Source: Bacillota bacterium (GTDB lineage: Bacteria; Bacillota; Clostridia; Christensenellales; CAG-138). From it: a DNA stretch of 46,385 nt. Where the stretch lies: NCBI GenBank assembly GCA_023458355.1, contig JAEWZS010000082.1:1-46385 (forward strand). Reading direction: 5' to 3'. Both the position numbers and the translations under genes were made by a program. Below are positions 8,259 to 17,902 of the stretch, piece by piece. The notes beneath the pieces were generated by a model that searched no databases, was not told where the DNA came from, and saw only the letters and a program-made list of their open reading frames with translations. Each line of letters begins with the position of its first letter. The stretch's first letter is position 1.

Positions 8259-9539
8259 ATGAAAGCATACTCTGAGATGTCAGCCGTCGAGCTTGACAGG
8301 GAATATCAAAAGGAAAAGGCTGCGTTTGACAGCTTCAAATCCAGGGGCATGAACCTCAACATGGCGCGCGGCAAGCCGGGCAAAGCGCAGCTTGACCTCG
8401 TTATGGATATGCTCACGAACCTAAAAACACCCGAGGACTGTATGGACGGCAACATCGATGCGCGTAACTACGGCACGCCGATGGGACTCCCCTGTGCGCG
8501 TACGTTCTGGGCCGATCTTCTCGGTGTAAAATATGAGCAGGTTTTTGCTGCGGGCAGCTCCAGCCTTACCCTTATGTACGATGTCATATCAAAGGCGTAT
8601 ACACATGGACTTTTAAACAGCGAAAAACCATGGAGCAAGCTTGATAAGGTAAAGTTCCTCTGTCCTTCGCCCGGTTACGACAGACATTTCCGTATTTGCC
8701 AAACCTTCGGCATGGAGATGATATACGTCCCCATGAATGAAGAAGGCCCGGATATGGATGTTGTGGAAGAACTTATCAAGGACGAAAGCGTTAAGGGTAT
8801 TTGGTGTGTGCCGAAGTACTCAAACCCCGGCGGCGTTGTTTTCTCCGACGCTGTGATACACCGCATGGCGGCCATGAAGCCTAGAGCAAAAGACTTTGTC
8901 ATTATGTGGGATAACGCGTATTGCGTGCATGAATTTGAAGGCGATTTCGTACCCTTTGAGGATATTCTTACGCTATGTGAGCAAAACGGCAACCCGGATA
9001 TGGTCGTGGAATTCGCCTCTACGTCGAAAATCACGCTCCCCGGTGCAGGCATTGCAACCATGGTTATGAGCAAAGCGAATATGGATTATATGATGAAGCT
9101 TATCGACGTGCAGAGCATCAGCTATGACAAAATGAACCAGCTTCGCCATGTTAGATTCCTTAAGAACAAAGAGGGCGTTCTCGAGCTTATGAAAAAGCAT
9201 GCTGAGGTTTTAAAGCCGAAGTTTGACACCGTGCTCGACGCCTTTGAACAAGAGATTAAGCCGCTTGGTTTTGCTTCGTGGAACCGTCCAAAGGGTGGGT
9301 ACTTCGTATGCTTGTTCACCATGGAAGGCACAGCAAAGCGTGCGCTGAAGCTCTGCGAGGAGGCAGGCATCGTAATGACGCCGGCCGGCGCAACCTTCCC
9401 GTATAACAACGACCCGCACGACAGCAACGTACGCGTCGCACCAACGCTGCCGTCACTCGAGGAGCTCAAATCCGCCATGGAAGGGATCTGCATCTGCTTA
9501 AAGCTTGCAGCGCTCGAGAAACTCCTCAAGAAAGCGTAA
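8259..9539 (+). CDS. PLP-dependent aminotransferase, class I/II fold (putative aspartate-aminotransferase-type family)
   Basis: The N-terminus MKAYSEMSAVELDREYQKEKAAFDSFKSRGMNLNMARGKPGKAQLDL, together with the FASTSKITLPGAGIA Lys motif, matches the approximately 420-aa clostridial putative Asp aminotransferase family as I remember it. The ATG at 8259 follows GAAGGGGG. Confidence 0.8.
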   Translation: MKAYSEMSAVELDREYQKEKAAFDSFKSRGMNLNMARGKPGKAQLDLVMDMLTNLKTPEDCMDGNIDARNYGTPMGLPCARTFWADLLGVKYEQVFAAGSSSLTLMYDVISKAYTHGLLNSEKPWSKLDKVKFLCPSPGYDRHFRICQTFGMEMIYVPMNEEGPDMDVVEELIKDESVKGIWCVPKYSNPGGVVFSDAVIHRMAAMKPRAKDFVIMWDNAYCVHEFEGDFVPFEDILTLCEQNGNPDMVVEFASTSKITLPGAGIATMVMSKANMDYMMKLIDVQSISYDKMNQLRHVRFLKNKEGVLELMKKHAEVLKPKFDTVLDAFEQEIKPLGFASWNRPKGGYFVCLFTMEGTAKRALKLCEEAGIVMTPAGATFPYNNDPHDSNVRVAPTLPSLEELKSAMEGICICLKLAALEKLLKKA

Positions 9540-9592
9540 AATCAATTTCGTTGCGGATGCTTCCTCCTGCATTCTAAACGATTCGGTACAAA

Positions 9593-9620
9593 GAGCCCGC
9601 CAAGAAGGCGGGCTTTTTGC
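9593..9620. terminator. Rho-independent terminator shared by convergent genes
   Basis: GAGCCCGCC-AAGAA-GGCGGGCT followed by TTTTTG. The A-containing left flank allows use from the minus strand as well. Confidence 0.7.
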
Positions 9621-9684
9621 GTTGATTATACCGCTCCAGGTAATGCTTTACCAAAATGCTTTTGTTTTACATAAGCTAACAGAA

Positions 9685-10791
9685 TTAACCGCCATTTTGC
9701 AAATCCCGCATGAGCCGAGCGCCCATGACCGTTGCAGGGATTTTGTAGTCCGGCGCAAGGTTTGAAAGAATCACGACGCCGATTTGGTTTTCTTTATCAA
9801 AGGCAATATAGCTGTTATAGTTACCGGTACCCCCATTGTGCCATAAAATGCCGTTTTCTGTATCTATCATCCACCCAAGCCCTGCGCAGTCCATTCTTAT
9901 GCCCAAGCTCTCATAGGCAACATCAGTTGCATTAATTCTCTCTGTCTCTTCATGCCCCAAGTTAAGATACGGTAATGCGTCTGACATATGGAGATTTACA
10001 TACGCAAGCATATCGCTAATTGTAGATTCCAGCGCGCCTGCAGGGAGATACCCGTCATCTATTTCCCAGTCCCAATATCGCTTAAGTTCCCCCGCCCCAT
10101 CGGTTATTTTTGTGTTCCTTAGCTGCAATTCGGACCTTATAAAATCTTCAATCACATCTTTGTACGTGCCTCCGTAAACCTTAGATAGCGCATTTCCCAA
10201 GATAGACAGCCCGAAGTTTGAATATTCAAAGGGATAGGCTTTGTCTTCAAGATTATTCTCTTTGGCTTGCTCTATAAGCCTCTCAATGCTTATGCCATAG
10301 AAAGAATTACGCCCGGAGAAAAAGTTTGAAGCCATCTGCCAATCAAAATAATGTGCTTTATACCCGGAAGTATGTGTGGCGAGTTTTTTAAATGTAGGAT
10401 AGTAATTTTGCTGCGGTAAAGAAAGATATGCACCGACAGAATCGTTTAACTTCAACTTTCCTTCATAGATTGCTTTACACAATAAAGATGTAGTGAAGGT
10501 TTTCGTTGCAGAGCCGATTTCGTAGATGTACTCGTGCTGCGGCAATATAGTACCGTTTTTCCCGTAAACCGTATAACGCATTTGTCCGTCTTGTATAATG
10601 CCTACCGTTATGACTGCCTCTTTGTTCTCATCGGTCGTAAACGCAAGCATTTCTTCAAAACGCATACCGGGGATAAGGCTCATGCGATAGGAGCCGTATG
10701 CTGCATAGACACCTACACCAAGTACGATGATCATAACAAGTGCAACTGCAAGTAGGATGATTTTCTTCTTTCCCAATTTAGCTTTTTTCAT
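9685..10791 (-). CDS. Membrane-anchored serine hydrolase (beta-lactamase / PBP4*-like family)
   Basis: N-terminal Lys-rich segment plus a TM helix (KKIILLAVALVMIIVLGVGVYAAY), and the SxxK active-site motif in EIGSATKTFTT. Confidence 0.8.
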   Translation of the reverse strand: MKKAKLGKKKIILLAVALVMIIVLGVGVYAAYGSYRMSLIPGMRFEEMLAFTTDENKEAVITVGIIQDGQMRYTVYGKNGTILPQHEYIYEIGSATKTFTTSLLCKAIYEGKLKLNDSVGAYLSLPQQNYYPTFKKLATHTSGYKAHYFDWQMASNFFSGRNSFYGISIERLIEQAKENNLEDKAYPFEYSNFGLSILGNALSKVYGGTYKDVIEDFIRSELQLRNTKITDGAGELKRYWDWEIDDGYLPAGALESTISDMLAYVNLHMSDALPYLNLGHEETERINATDVAYESLGIRMDCAGLGWMIDTENGILWHNGGTGNYNSYIAFDKENQIGVVILSNLAPDYKIPATVMGARLMRDLQNGG

Positions 10792-10890
10792 AGCTTCTCC
10801 CTAATTCGTTATTACCCCTGTTGCGATATAGACAGATTCTATCATATCTTAAGCAAGGTCTAAAAGGAACTAGCATATTCGTAGAAATAC

Positions 10891-10917
10891 AGCAAAAGAA
10901 CCCGCGCGTGCGGGTCC
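10891..10917 (-). terminator. Rho-independent terminator after the GH1 gene
   Basis: On the minus strand: ACCCGC-ACGC-GCGGGT followed by TCTTTTGCT. Confidence 0.55.
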
Positions 10918-10934
10918 TTTAGTTATATAAGCTT

Positions 10935-12284
10935 TTATAGGTTCTCCCCGTTGCTCCGAATCACTTCAGCATACCATTTTGCAGAATCCTTTAAGATTCT
11001 TTGTTGGGTCGCGTAATCCACATACACCATGCCGAAGCGCTCGCTATAACCGGCAGCCCATTCGAAATTGTCTAAAAAGCTCCAATGGAGATAGCCTTTT
11101 ACCGGCACGCCGGCATCGATGCTCTTTTTCAGTTCCTTTAGATAACGGTGCAAAAAATCGATTCGGTCCGGGTCATGTACTTCGCCGTCTAAAAAGATGC
11201 GGTCGTTGCAGGATTGGCCGTTTTCTGTTATGTACATTGAGAGCCCGTAGCGACGATGTAAAAACATCGGTCCGTAATGCATTACCTCAGGTGTGACGCG
11301 CCACTTTATTGCAGTTAGGGGAAATCCCTCAGGGTACTTAACGATCGCGCCGCTTTCATCCGTACCTTCGCCCTGGTATACGTTTATACCGATGAAATCG
11401 GGCACTTCAAAAAGATCCAAATCGCTTTGCGGCAGTAAAGAAAGCGATTCCTTTAAGAAATCGGGTGCGCTTTCGTCATAGCGGCGGAAGATACAGCTAT
11501 CGAGGAAGGAATTGAACGTAAACGCCCAAGAGCCTTTTGAAAGGTCAAACGTGGTATGATACGAAGCATCCGTCGCCTCAGGCGTATCCGTAAGCGGATA
11601 GCATAGTCTTCCGCATGGCACTACGCCAATTTGAATGGGTATGGAGGTATTTTGACGAAGGGCTTTTGAAGCAATACCATGTGCAAGTACGAGGTTTTGC
11701 ATGCACGCCGCTTGATCGCGCTCAGAAAGCTTGAGCCCGGGTGCATGGATGCCGTTGCCGTAACCAAGCGCAACGATGCAAGCAGGCTCGTTGATTGTCA
11801 TATAGGTTTTTACGCGTCCGTTAAAGCGCTTGGCAAGCACAGCCGCATATTCTCCGAAGGCGACCGCAGTATCGCGATTAAGCCAACCACCCTTTCTTTG
11901 TAAAGCGCTCGGGAGATCCCAATGGTACAGCGTAACCCACGGCTCAATATTTCGCTTTAAGAGCGCATCTATAAGCCGGTCATAATAAGCAAGACCCGCT
12001 TCGTTAACCTCTCCGGTGCCCTGTGGCATAATGCGCGGCCAGCTTACAGAAAAGCGATAAGCCTGCATGTTGGTTTGCTGCATCAGCAGAACGTCTTCCT
12101 CGTAGCGGTGGTAACTGTCGCAGGCAACATCGCCCGTGTCATCGTTTATAACATGCCCTTTCCCTTTATCATGGCAAAAATCGTCCCAAATGCTCGGACC
12201 CTTTCCGTCTTTGTCCCATGCACCTTCGCATTGGTAGGATGCGCATGCCGTGCCCCACAAAAAACCTTTGGGAAATCCGCTCAT
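10935..12284 (-). CDS. GH1 beta-glucosidase
   Basis: FLWGTACASYQCEGAW N-terminus, acid/base TINEP and nucleophile YITENG motifs. The ATG overlaps the stop of the upstream GH94 gene (4-nt overlap, 12281-12284). Confidence 0.9.
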   Translation of the reverse strand: MSGFPKGFLWGTACASYQCEGAWDKDGKGPSIWDDFCHDKGKGHVINDDTGDVACDSYHRYEEDVLLMQQTNMQAYRFSVSWPRIMPQGTGEVNEAGLAYYDRLIDALLKRNIEPWVTLYHWDLPSALQRKGGWLNRDTAVAFGEYAAVLAKRFNGRVKTYMTINEPACIVALGYGNGIHAPGLKLSERDQAACMQNLVLAHGIASKALRQNTSIPIQIGVVPCGRLCYPLTDTPEATDASYHTTFDLSKGSWAFTFNSFLDSCIFRRYDESAPDFLKESLSLLPQSDLDLFEVPDFIGINVYQGEGTDESGAIVKYPEGFPLTAIKWRVTPEVMHYGPMFLHRRYGLSMYITENGQSCNDRIFLDGEVHDPDRIDFLHRYLKELKKSIDAGVPVKGYLHWSFLDNFEWAAGYSERFGMVYVDYATQQRILKDSAKWYAEVIRSNGENL

Positions 12285-14701
12285 ACCGTTACCTCCACCT
12301 CTATGGTTGCTTTTGTTGGATCATAAGGAATTACATCGCCTAAAAGCTCTTCGCCGTTCGCTTTGAGGGAATAGACCCCTGTCTTTTTTATTTTGATGCG
12401 GTAGTTTGCACCCCTATAGACACGCTCAATCGTAAGCTCGTTAAGCTCTTTTGGCAGGCATGGTCGGATTTTGAGTCCATCAAGCGTTGGCTTTACACCC
12501 AATATATACTGGCTTATATTTACAAACGTCCACGCTGCCGTACCCGTGAGCCAGCTATTTTTTGCTTCGCCCTCACTATAAGAGCTTCGGCCTGCCACCG
12601 TCTGTGCGTAGACATACGGCTCGGTACGCCGTATCTCGCTCTTTTCCTCAAGGTACGAGGGACAAGTGCGTTTATAAAAATCAAATGCGTTGTCTCCGTT
12701 ATCAAGCGCTGTTTCCGCAATGCTCACCCAAGGGTTGTTGTGGCAGAAAACGGAGCCGTTTTCTTTATAGCCGGGAGGGTAACTCGTGATTTCACCAAGC
12801 TCCTTACGGTATTTTGTATAGCAAGGCGTTAGAAGTTCCACACCGAAATCGCCCATCAGCCTTTCACGAACGGAATCGAGCGCGCAACGTGCTTTGCCGT
12901 CGTGTAGGCCTATACCCGCCATCACGCACATACCTTGGGGTTCAATAAATATCTGCCCTTCCTCACAGGTTTTGCTCCCAACAACATTCCCGAATGCATC
13001 ATAGGCGCGCAAAAACCACGAGCCGTCCCAAGCATTTTCATAGATTGCGCGTTGCATGTTGGCAACCTCTATTTTTACCACCTTTGCTTCGCCGTTTTGC
13101 CCAAATCTTTCAAGCAACTCCGCATATTTTGCGGCATATTTCACGAACATACCGGCAATAAATACGCTTTCGGCAACGCCGCTTTCGAAGTTGGCGGTGG
13201 TCTGGAAGCTCTCCCCCGGTTCCTCCGAAAAGCAGTTTAGATTTAAACAATCGTTCCAGTCTGCACGTCCGATTAGCGGCAGTCCGTGTGGTCCGATGTT
13301 TCGTACGGTGAAAAACACGCTGCGCCTGAGATGCTCAAAAAGCGGCTTTTCGCTGCCGGGCTTATTATCAAACGGCGTGGGCACATCGAGGATGGAAAAG
13401 TCCCCCGTTTCGGCAATGTAGGCAAAGGTGCAAGCAACAAGCCACAGCGGGTCGTCGTTAAAGCCTGTACCTACGTCATTGTTGCCGCGCTTATTTAGCG
13501 GCTGATATTGGTGGTAGGTACTTCCGTCTTCTTTTTGGATGCTTGCGATATCGATGATACGCGCCCTCGCACGCTCAGGAACAAGGTGTACAAAGCCCAA
13601 TAGGTCCTGACAGCTGTCGCGAAATCCCATCCCCCGCCCCGTGCCGCTCTCAAAGTAGCTGGCGCTGCGGCTGATGTTAAATGTAACCATGCATTGATAC
13701 TGGTTCCAGATATTCACCATACGGTCAAGCCGCTCGTCGCCGCTTTTTACGGTATAGCGCGTGAGAAGGCCATCCCAGTAAGCGGCAAGAACGTTTAGCG
13801 CATGTTGTACAGCGTCGGGCTTAGAGAATTTTTCGAGTACGCGTTTGGCGTTATACTTTTGTATGATGTTTGGAGCGGTGAATTTCTGCTCTTTTTCGTT
13901 CTCGCCATAGCCCAGCACGAAAATGAACGTCTTTTCCTCGCCCGGTAAAAGCATATCGTCCATGCGAAGCGCTGCAATGGGTGCCCAGCCGTGTGCAACT
14001 GTGGAGAAACTCGTACCCTTCTCTACGGTCTCAGGCGCTTTATAATCCCCAAATTGCCCCAGGAATGCATCGCGCACGGTATCAAAGCCCGAAATTGACG
14101 CGTTAACTCCGTAGTAGGCGTAATGGTTGCGACGCTCGCGGTATTCCGTCGTATGGTAGACAGCGTTACCCTCTATCTCCACTTCGCCGATGTTGAAATT
14201 GCGCTGAAAATTGGTTGCATCGTCCACGGCATTCCATAAGCACCATTCTACCGCGCCGTAGAGCTTAAAAGATTTGGGCTTATCCGATGCGTTCTTAAGC
14301 GTAAGCTTTTGCACCTCTGCGTTTTCGCCCATGGGTACTAAAAGCGTCAGCTCCGCCTGAAGGCTGTCTTTTTCGCTCTCAAACACTGTGTAGCCCATGC
14401 CATGCCTGCATGTATATTTGTCAAGCGGCGTGTCACAAGGGTGGAAGGTAGGGCTCCAAGCGTGCTTCCCATCTTCCTTTACATAAAAAAATCTGCCACC
14501 AACATCTGCGGGTACGCTGTTGTAGCGGTAGCGGATGAGCCTAAGCATTTTTGCATCGCGGTAAAAACAATACCCACCGCCCGTGTTGGATACGAGGGAG
14601 AAAAAAGACTCGCTCCCCAAGTAGTTAATCCACGGAAGCGGGGTAGCGGGCGTATGAATCACATACTCCCGTCTTGCATCGTCGAAATGGCCGAACTTCA
14701 T
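12281..14701 (-). CDS. GH94 disaccharide phosphorylase, cellobiose-phosphorylase-like
   Basis: MKFGHFDDARREYVIHTPATPLPWINYLGSESFFSLVSNTGGGYCFYRDA is near-collinear with the known cellobiose phosphorylase N-terminus. I placed the start at the ATG at 14701 (M23 of the track ORF), with GGAG 9 nt upstream. Confidence 0.9.
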   Translation of the reverse strand: MKFGHFDDARREYVIHTPATPLPWINYLGSESFFSLVSNTGGGYCFYRDAKMLRLIRYRYNSVPADVGGRFFYVKEDGKHAWSPTFHPCDTPLDKYTCRHGMGYTVFESEKDSLQAELTLLVPMGENAEVQKLTLKNASDKPKSFKLYGAVEWCLWNAVDDATNFQRNFNIGEVEIEGNAVYHTTEYRERRNHYAYYGVNASISGFDTVRDAFLGQFGDYKAPETVEKGTSFSTVAHGWAPIAALRMDDMLLPGEEKTFIFVLGYGENEKEQKFTAPNIIQKYNAKRVLEKFSKPDAVQHALNVLAAYWDGLLTRYTVKSGDERLDRMVNIWNQYQCMVTFNISRSASYFESGTGRGMGFRDSCQDLLGFVHLVPERARARIIDIASIQKEDGSTYHQYQPLNKRGNNDVGTGFNDDPLWLVACTFAYIAETGDFSILDVPTPFDNKPGSEKPLFEHLRRSVFFTVRNIGPHGLPLIGRADWNDCLNLNCFSEEPGESFQTTANFESGVAESVFIAGMFVKYAAKYAELLERFGQNGEAKVVKIEVANMQRAIYENAWDGSWFLRAYDAFGNVVGSKTCEEGQIFIEPQGMCVMAGIGLHDGKARCALDSVRERLMGDFGVELLTPCYTKYRKELGEITSYPPGYKENGSVFCHNNPWVSIAETALDNGDNAFDFYKRTCPSYLEEKSEIRRTEPYVYAQTVAGRSSYSEGEAKNSWLTGTAAWTFVNISQYILGVKPTLDGLKIRPCLPKELNELTIERVYRGANYRIKIKKTGVYSLKANGEELLGDVIPYDPTKATIEVEVTV

Positions 14702-14720
14702 TGTATATTGCTCCGTTTTC

Positions 14721-14760
14721 AAAAAATAGAAAGGCCGCGTAAGGAGGTGCGCGGCCTTTC
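14721..14760 (-). terminator. Strong GC-rich hairpin with a U-tract between GH3 and GH94 (intra-locus terminator or stabiliser)
   Basis: On the minus strand: GAAAGGCCGCGC-ACCTCCTTA-CGCGGCCTTTC followed by TATTTTTTG. It lies in the 70-nt gap 14702-14771. Confidence 0.65.
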
Positions 14761-14771
14761 TTTTCAAGCCG

Positions 14772-17042
14772 CTATGCCCTATTGATTCGCTCGAGCAAAG
14801 CGTTTAACTGATCATCGATGTCGTCGCCTCCGCCAAAGCTGCGTGCAGCGCGAAGCGGCATATACTTTAGCATCGCCTCCGCCATGTCGGCGGAAATGGC
14901 GGATCGCGCAACATCTGTTTCCTCTTTGTTCGGTCCGAACATAGAGGTAACGGCATCGAGTATGGGATTTATTTCAGCTTTCGCACGCGGGTCGCGAAGG
15001 ATATCCAAGAATATGCTGTCAAGCGTATACTTGACGGGTATAAGCACATCGGAGCTTACGTTTACAGTTGTGCTAAGCCTTATGTCGCGTGAGGAGGAAC
15101 CTATAAGAATATCGAATTCACCGCTTTCCACATACCAATCGTGAATGGTCGTATTCCAATACGCAAACGCGCGCTTTGTAAGCGTGAATTCGGCGGTTTT
15201 GGTTTCTCCGGGGTTAAGTGCAAGCTTTTGAAAGCCTTTAAGCTCCTTCACGGGGCGAATGGCTTCGCTGACCTTATCGGCAACGTAAAGCTGCACTACC
15301 TCTTTACCAAACACATTGCCGGTATTTTTCACATCCACGGTTACATGAACGGTCTCGTTTTCGTCAAAAGCAACCTTATTCACCTTAAGGTTTGAATAGG
15401 CAAAGCTCGTATACGATAGTCCGTGGCCAAACGGGAACAGAACTTCCATCTTTTTTTTATCGTAATAACGGTAGCCTACAAATACGCCCTCCCGGTATTC
15501 GACGGTGTCCCCTTCCCCACCAAAAAACAGGCATGAGGGATTGTCTTCAAGCTTTATGGGGAATGTTTCGGGAAGCTTGCCGCTCGGGTTTGTGTCGCCC
15601 AGCAATATCTTTACTGTTGCCGTTCCCACGGCCTGACCGCCCAAGTATGCCTCGAGTACGGCCTTAACGTCGTCGATCCATGGCATTTCTACCGGTGAGC
15701 CGTTATGGAGCACAACCACAGTATTGGGGTTTGCCTTGCTGACGCGGCGAATTAATTCGTTTTGGCATTCCGGCAGGCGCATATGAACTCTATCATAGCC
15801 CTCTGACTCATACGAATCCGGCAGCCCCGCAAACACCACCGCCACGCGCACCTTTTTAGCGAGCGCTTCGGCTTCGCTTAATTGTTCCTCAGTGGCAGAA
15901 TCAGTCAAAATGTCGAAGCCTTTGGCATAAGAGATATCGCTATACTCCTTTGCCGCTTCGAGTGCACTTGTCGTTTTAAAGCAGTTGATGTGTGAGCTGC
16001 CGCCGCCCTGAAAACGCGGGGTTGATGCAAATTCGCCGATAAAAGCGATTTTATCGGTCTTTTTAAGCGGTAAAAGTTCGCCCTCATTTTTTAGGAGCAC
16101 CATGCATTCGGCTGCGATTTTCGCGCTTAGCGCATGCTGCATCTCTTTATCCCATTCTGTGCCCGGTTTATAGTTTTCCGAATACCTGAATACGATGTTG
16201 AGGATGTTCTCCACCGCCGTATCGAGCGTGTTTTCGTTGAGGTTTCCCAGTTTTACGGCCTGCACGATTCTTTGGTCGTTCACGCCGTTTGAAGAGGGCA
16301 TTTCAAGGTCCATCCCCGCTTCAATGCCCCGTACGCGGTCGCTCACAGCACCCCAGTCGCTTACCACAAAGCCGTCAAAACCCCACTCTTTTCGCAGTAG
16401 TTCGGTAAGGTAAAGCCTAGATTCGGTGGCATAAACGCCATTGTTGCGGTTGTAGCTCGCCATAATCGTCCATGGCTTAGCTTCCTTTACGGCAGTCTCA
16501 AATGCCGCAAGGTAAATTTCGCGCATCGTGCGCTCATCTATCACGGAACTCCCTGACATACGCCTGTGTTCCTGGTTGTTGGCAGCATAGTGTTTCACAC
16601 TTACGCCTACGTTATGGCTCTGTACGCCCTTGATATACGCTGCCGCTTCTTTGCCCGCAAGGTACGGGTCTTCGGAAAGATACTCGAAATTGCGGCCGCA
16701 AAGCGGCGAGCGCTTGATATTGATGGCGGGGCCGAGAACGACCGCGAGCTTTTCAGCTTCACAGGAGGTGCCTAAAGCATCACCAAGCGTATGGAAAAGT
16801 TCTGTGTCAAACGACGCGGCCATAGCGCTCCCTGCCGGGAAGCAAACGGCCTTGATGCTTTCGTTCATCGCGAGGTGATCGGCGCGTTCGTCCTGCTTAC
16901 GCAACCCATGCGGTCCGTCACTCACCATGACAGAGGGTATATGTAGGCGCTCTATGGGTTTTGTGTGCCAGAAATCTATGCCGGAGCAAAGCGACGCCTT
17001 TTCTTCAAGCGTCATCTGTGCGATTAGGTTTTTGACATCCAT
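14772..17042 (-). CDS. bglX: GH3 beta-glucosidase with a C-terminal Fn3-like domain
   Basis: MDVKNLIAQMTLEEKASLCSG start, GPHGLRKQ motif, nucleophile region VVSDWGA, and a 756-aa three-domain length. Confidence 0.9.
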   Translation of the reverse strand: MDVKNLIAQMTLEEKASLCSGIDFWHTKPIERLHIPSVMVSDGPHGLRKQDERADHLAMNESIKAVCFPAGSAMAASFDTELFHTLGDALGTSCEAEKLAVVLGPAINIKRSPLCGRNFEYLSEDPYLAGKEAAAYIKGVQSHNVGVSVKHYAANNQEHRRMSGSSVIDERTMREIYLAAFETAVKEAKPWTIMASYNRNNGVYATESRLYLTELLRKEWGFDGFVVSDWGAVSDRVRGIEAGMDLEMPSSNGVNDQRIVQAVKLGNLNENTLDTAVENILNIVFRYSENYKPGTEWDKEMQHALSAKIAAECMVLLKNEGELLPLKKTDKIAFIGEFASTPRFQGGGSSHINCFKTTSALEAAKEYSDISYAKGFDILTDSATEEQLSEAEALAKKVRVAVVFAGLPDSYESEGYDRVHMRLPECQNELIRRVSKANPNTVVVLHNGSPVEMPWIDDVKAVLEAYLGGQAVGTATVKILLGDTNPSGKLPETFPIKLEDNPSCLFFGGEGDTVEYREGVFVGYRYYDKKKMEVLFPFGHGLSYTSFAYSNLKVNKVAFDENETVHVTVDVKNTGNVFGKEVVQLYVADKVSEAIRPVKELKGFQKLALNPGETKTAEFTLTKRAFAYWNTTIHDWYVESGEFDILIGSSSRDIRLSTTVNVSSDVLIPVKYTLDSIFLDILRDPRAKAEINPILDAVTSMFGPNKEETDVARSAISADMAEAMLKYMPLRAARSFGGGDDIDDQLNALLERINRA

Positions 17043-17065
17043 TGCTTTCTCTCCTTTAACGCGGT

Positions 17066-17902
17066 TTAGACCGTAGAAAGGTCCCAGGGCTCGTAAATTT
17101 TTGGCACGTCGTTGATGAGGCGCTTTGTGTATTCCGCCTTCGGGTGGAGTATCACTTCATCCGCAGTACCGGACTCCACAAACTTACCGCGCTCCATAAT
17201 ATACACGGAGTCAGAAATGTAGTAAGCAAGGCCAATGTCGTGTGTTATAAATATAATCGTCATGCCGATCTCATCGCGAAGCTGCAAAAGCATATCGAGT
17301 ATGGTTGCGCGCGAGCAGGCATCGATCATGGAAGTGGGCTCATCCGCTAAGAGGATTTTAGGCCGAAGCAAGAATACGCGCGCAATCATGAGGCGCTGCA
17401 TCTGTCCGCCCGACAGTTCAAACGGGTACTTATTGGTAAGCTCCGCAAACTTTAAGTTTACAAAGCAGCACGCCTCGGTCATCATCTCCACCTTTTTTTC
17501 GTAGGGAAGGTGACGGCCGCCGCGCATATGGATGCAATCCAACAGTACCGAGTCAATTTTATGAAAAACGTTATAGGACGAAAAAGGATCTTGGAATATG
17601 GCTTGTATGTTTTTCCAGTATTCCTTTCGTTTTGCCTGCGTGCTGATGTCGCGTTTTTTGCCTTGGAAATAGATATCACCCTCGGTGACGCTCGTAAGCC
17701 CCAAGAGCATTTTAGCAAGCGTTGTCTTACCCGAACCGCTTTCCCCTACGATGGAAATAAGCTCTCCCTCGCGGAAGCAAAAATTCACATGGTCAACTGC
17801 AAGGTTGCTTTTTTTACCTATGCCATAGACTTTCGTAACGCCTTCGCCGCTTAAGCAGAGCGGGCAACTTTCTACATCGATACGCTGTGCACACTTACTC
17901 AT
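17066..17902 (-). CDS. ABC transporter ATP-binding protein (Opp/Dpp family, OppF-like)
   Basis: Walker [10 protein letters not shown], signature LSGGQMQR and Walker [10 protein letters not shown]. There is an 8-nt overlap with the upstream ATPase gene. Confidence 0.9.
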   Translation of the reverse strand: MSKCAQRIDVESCPLCLSGEGVTKVYGIGKKSNLAVDHVNFCFREGELISIVGESGSGKTTLAKMLLGLTSVTEGDIYFQGKKRDISTQAKRKEYWKNIQAIFQDPFSSYNVFHKIDSVLLDCIHMRGGRHLPYEKKVEMMTEACCFVNLKFAELTNKYPFELSGGQMQRLMIARVFLLRPKILLADEPTSMIDACSRATILDMLLQLRDEIGMTIIFITHDIGLAYYISDSVYIMERGKFVESGTADEVILHPKAEYTKRLINDVPKIYEPWDLSTV

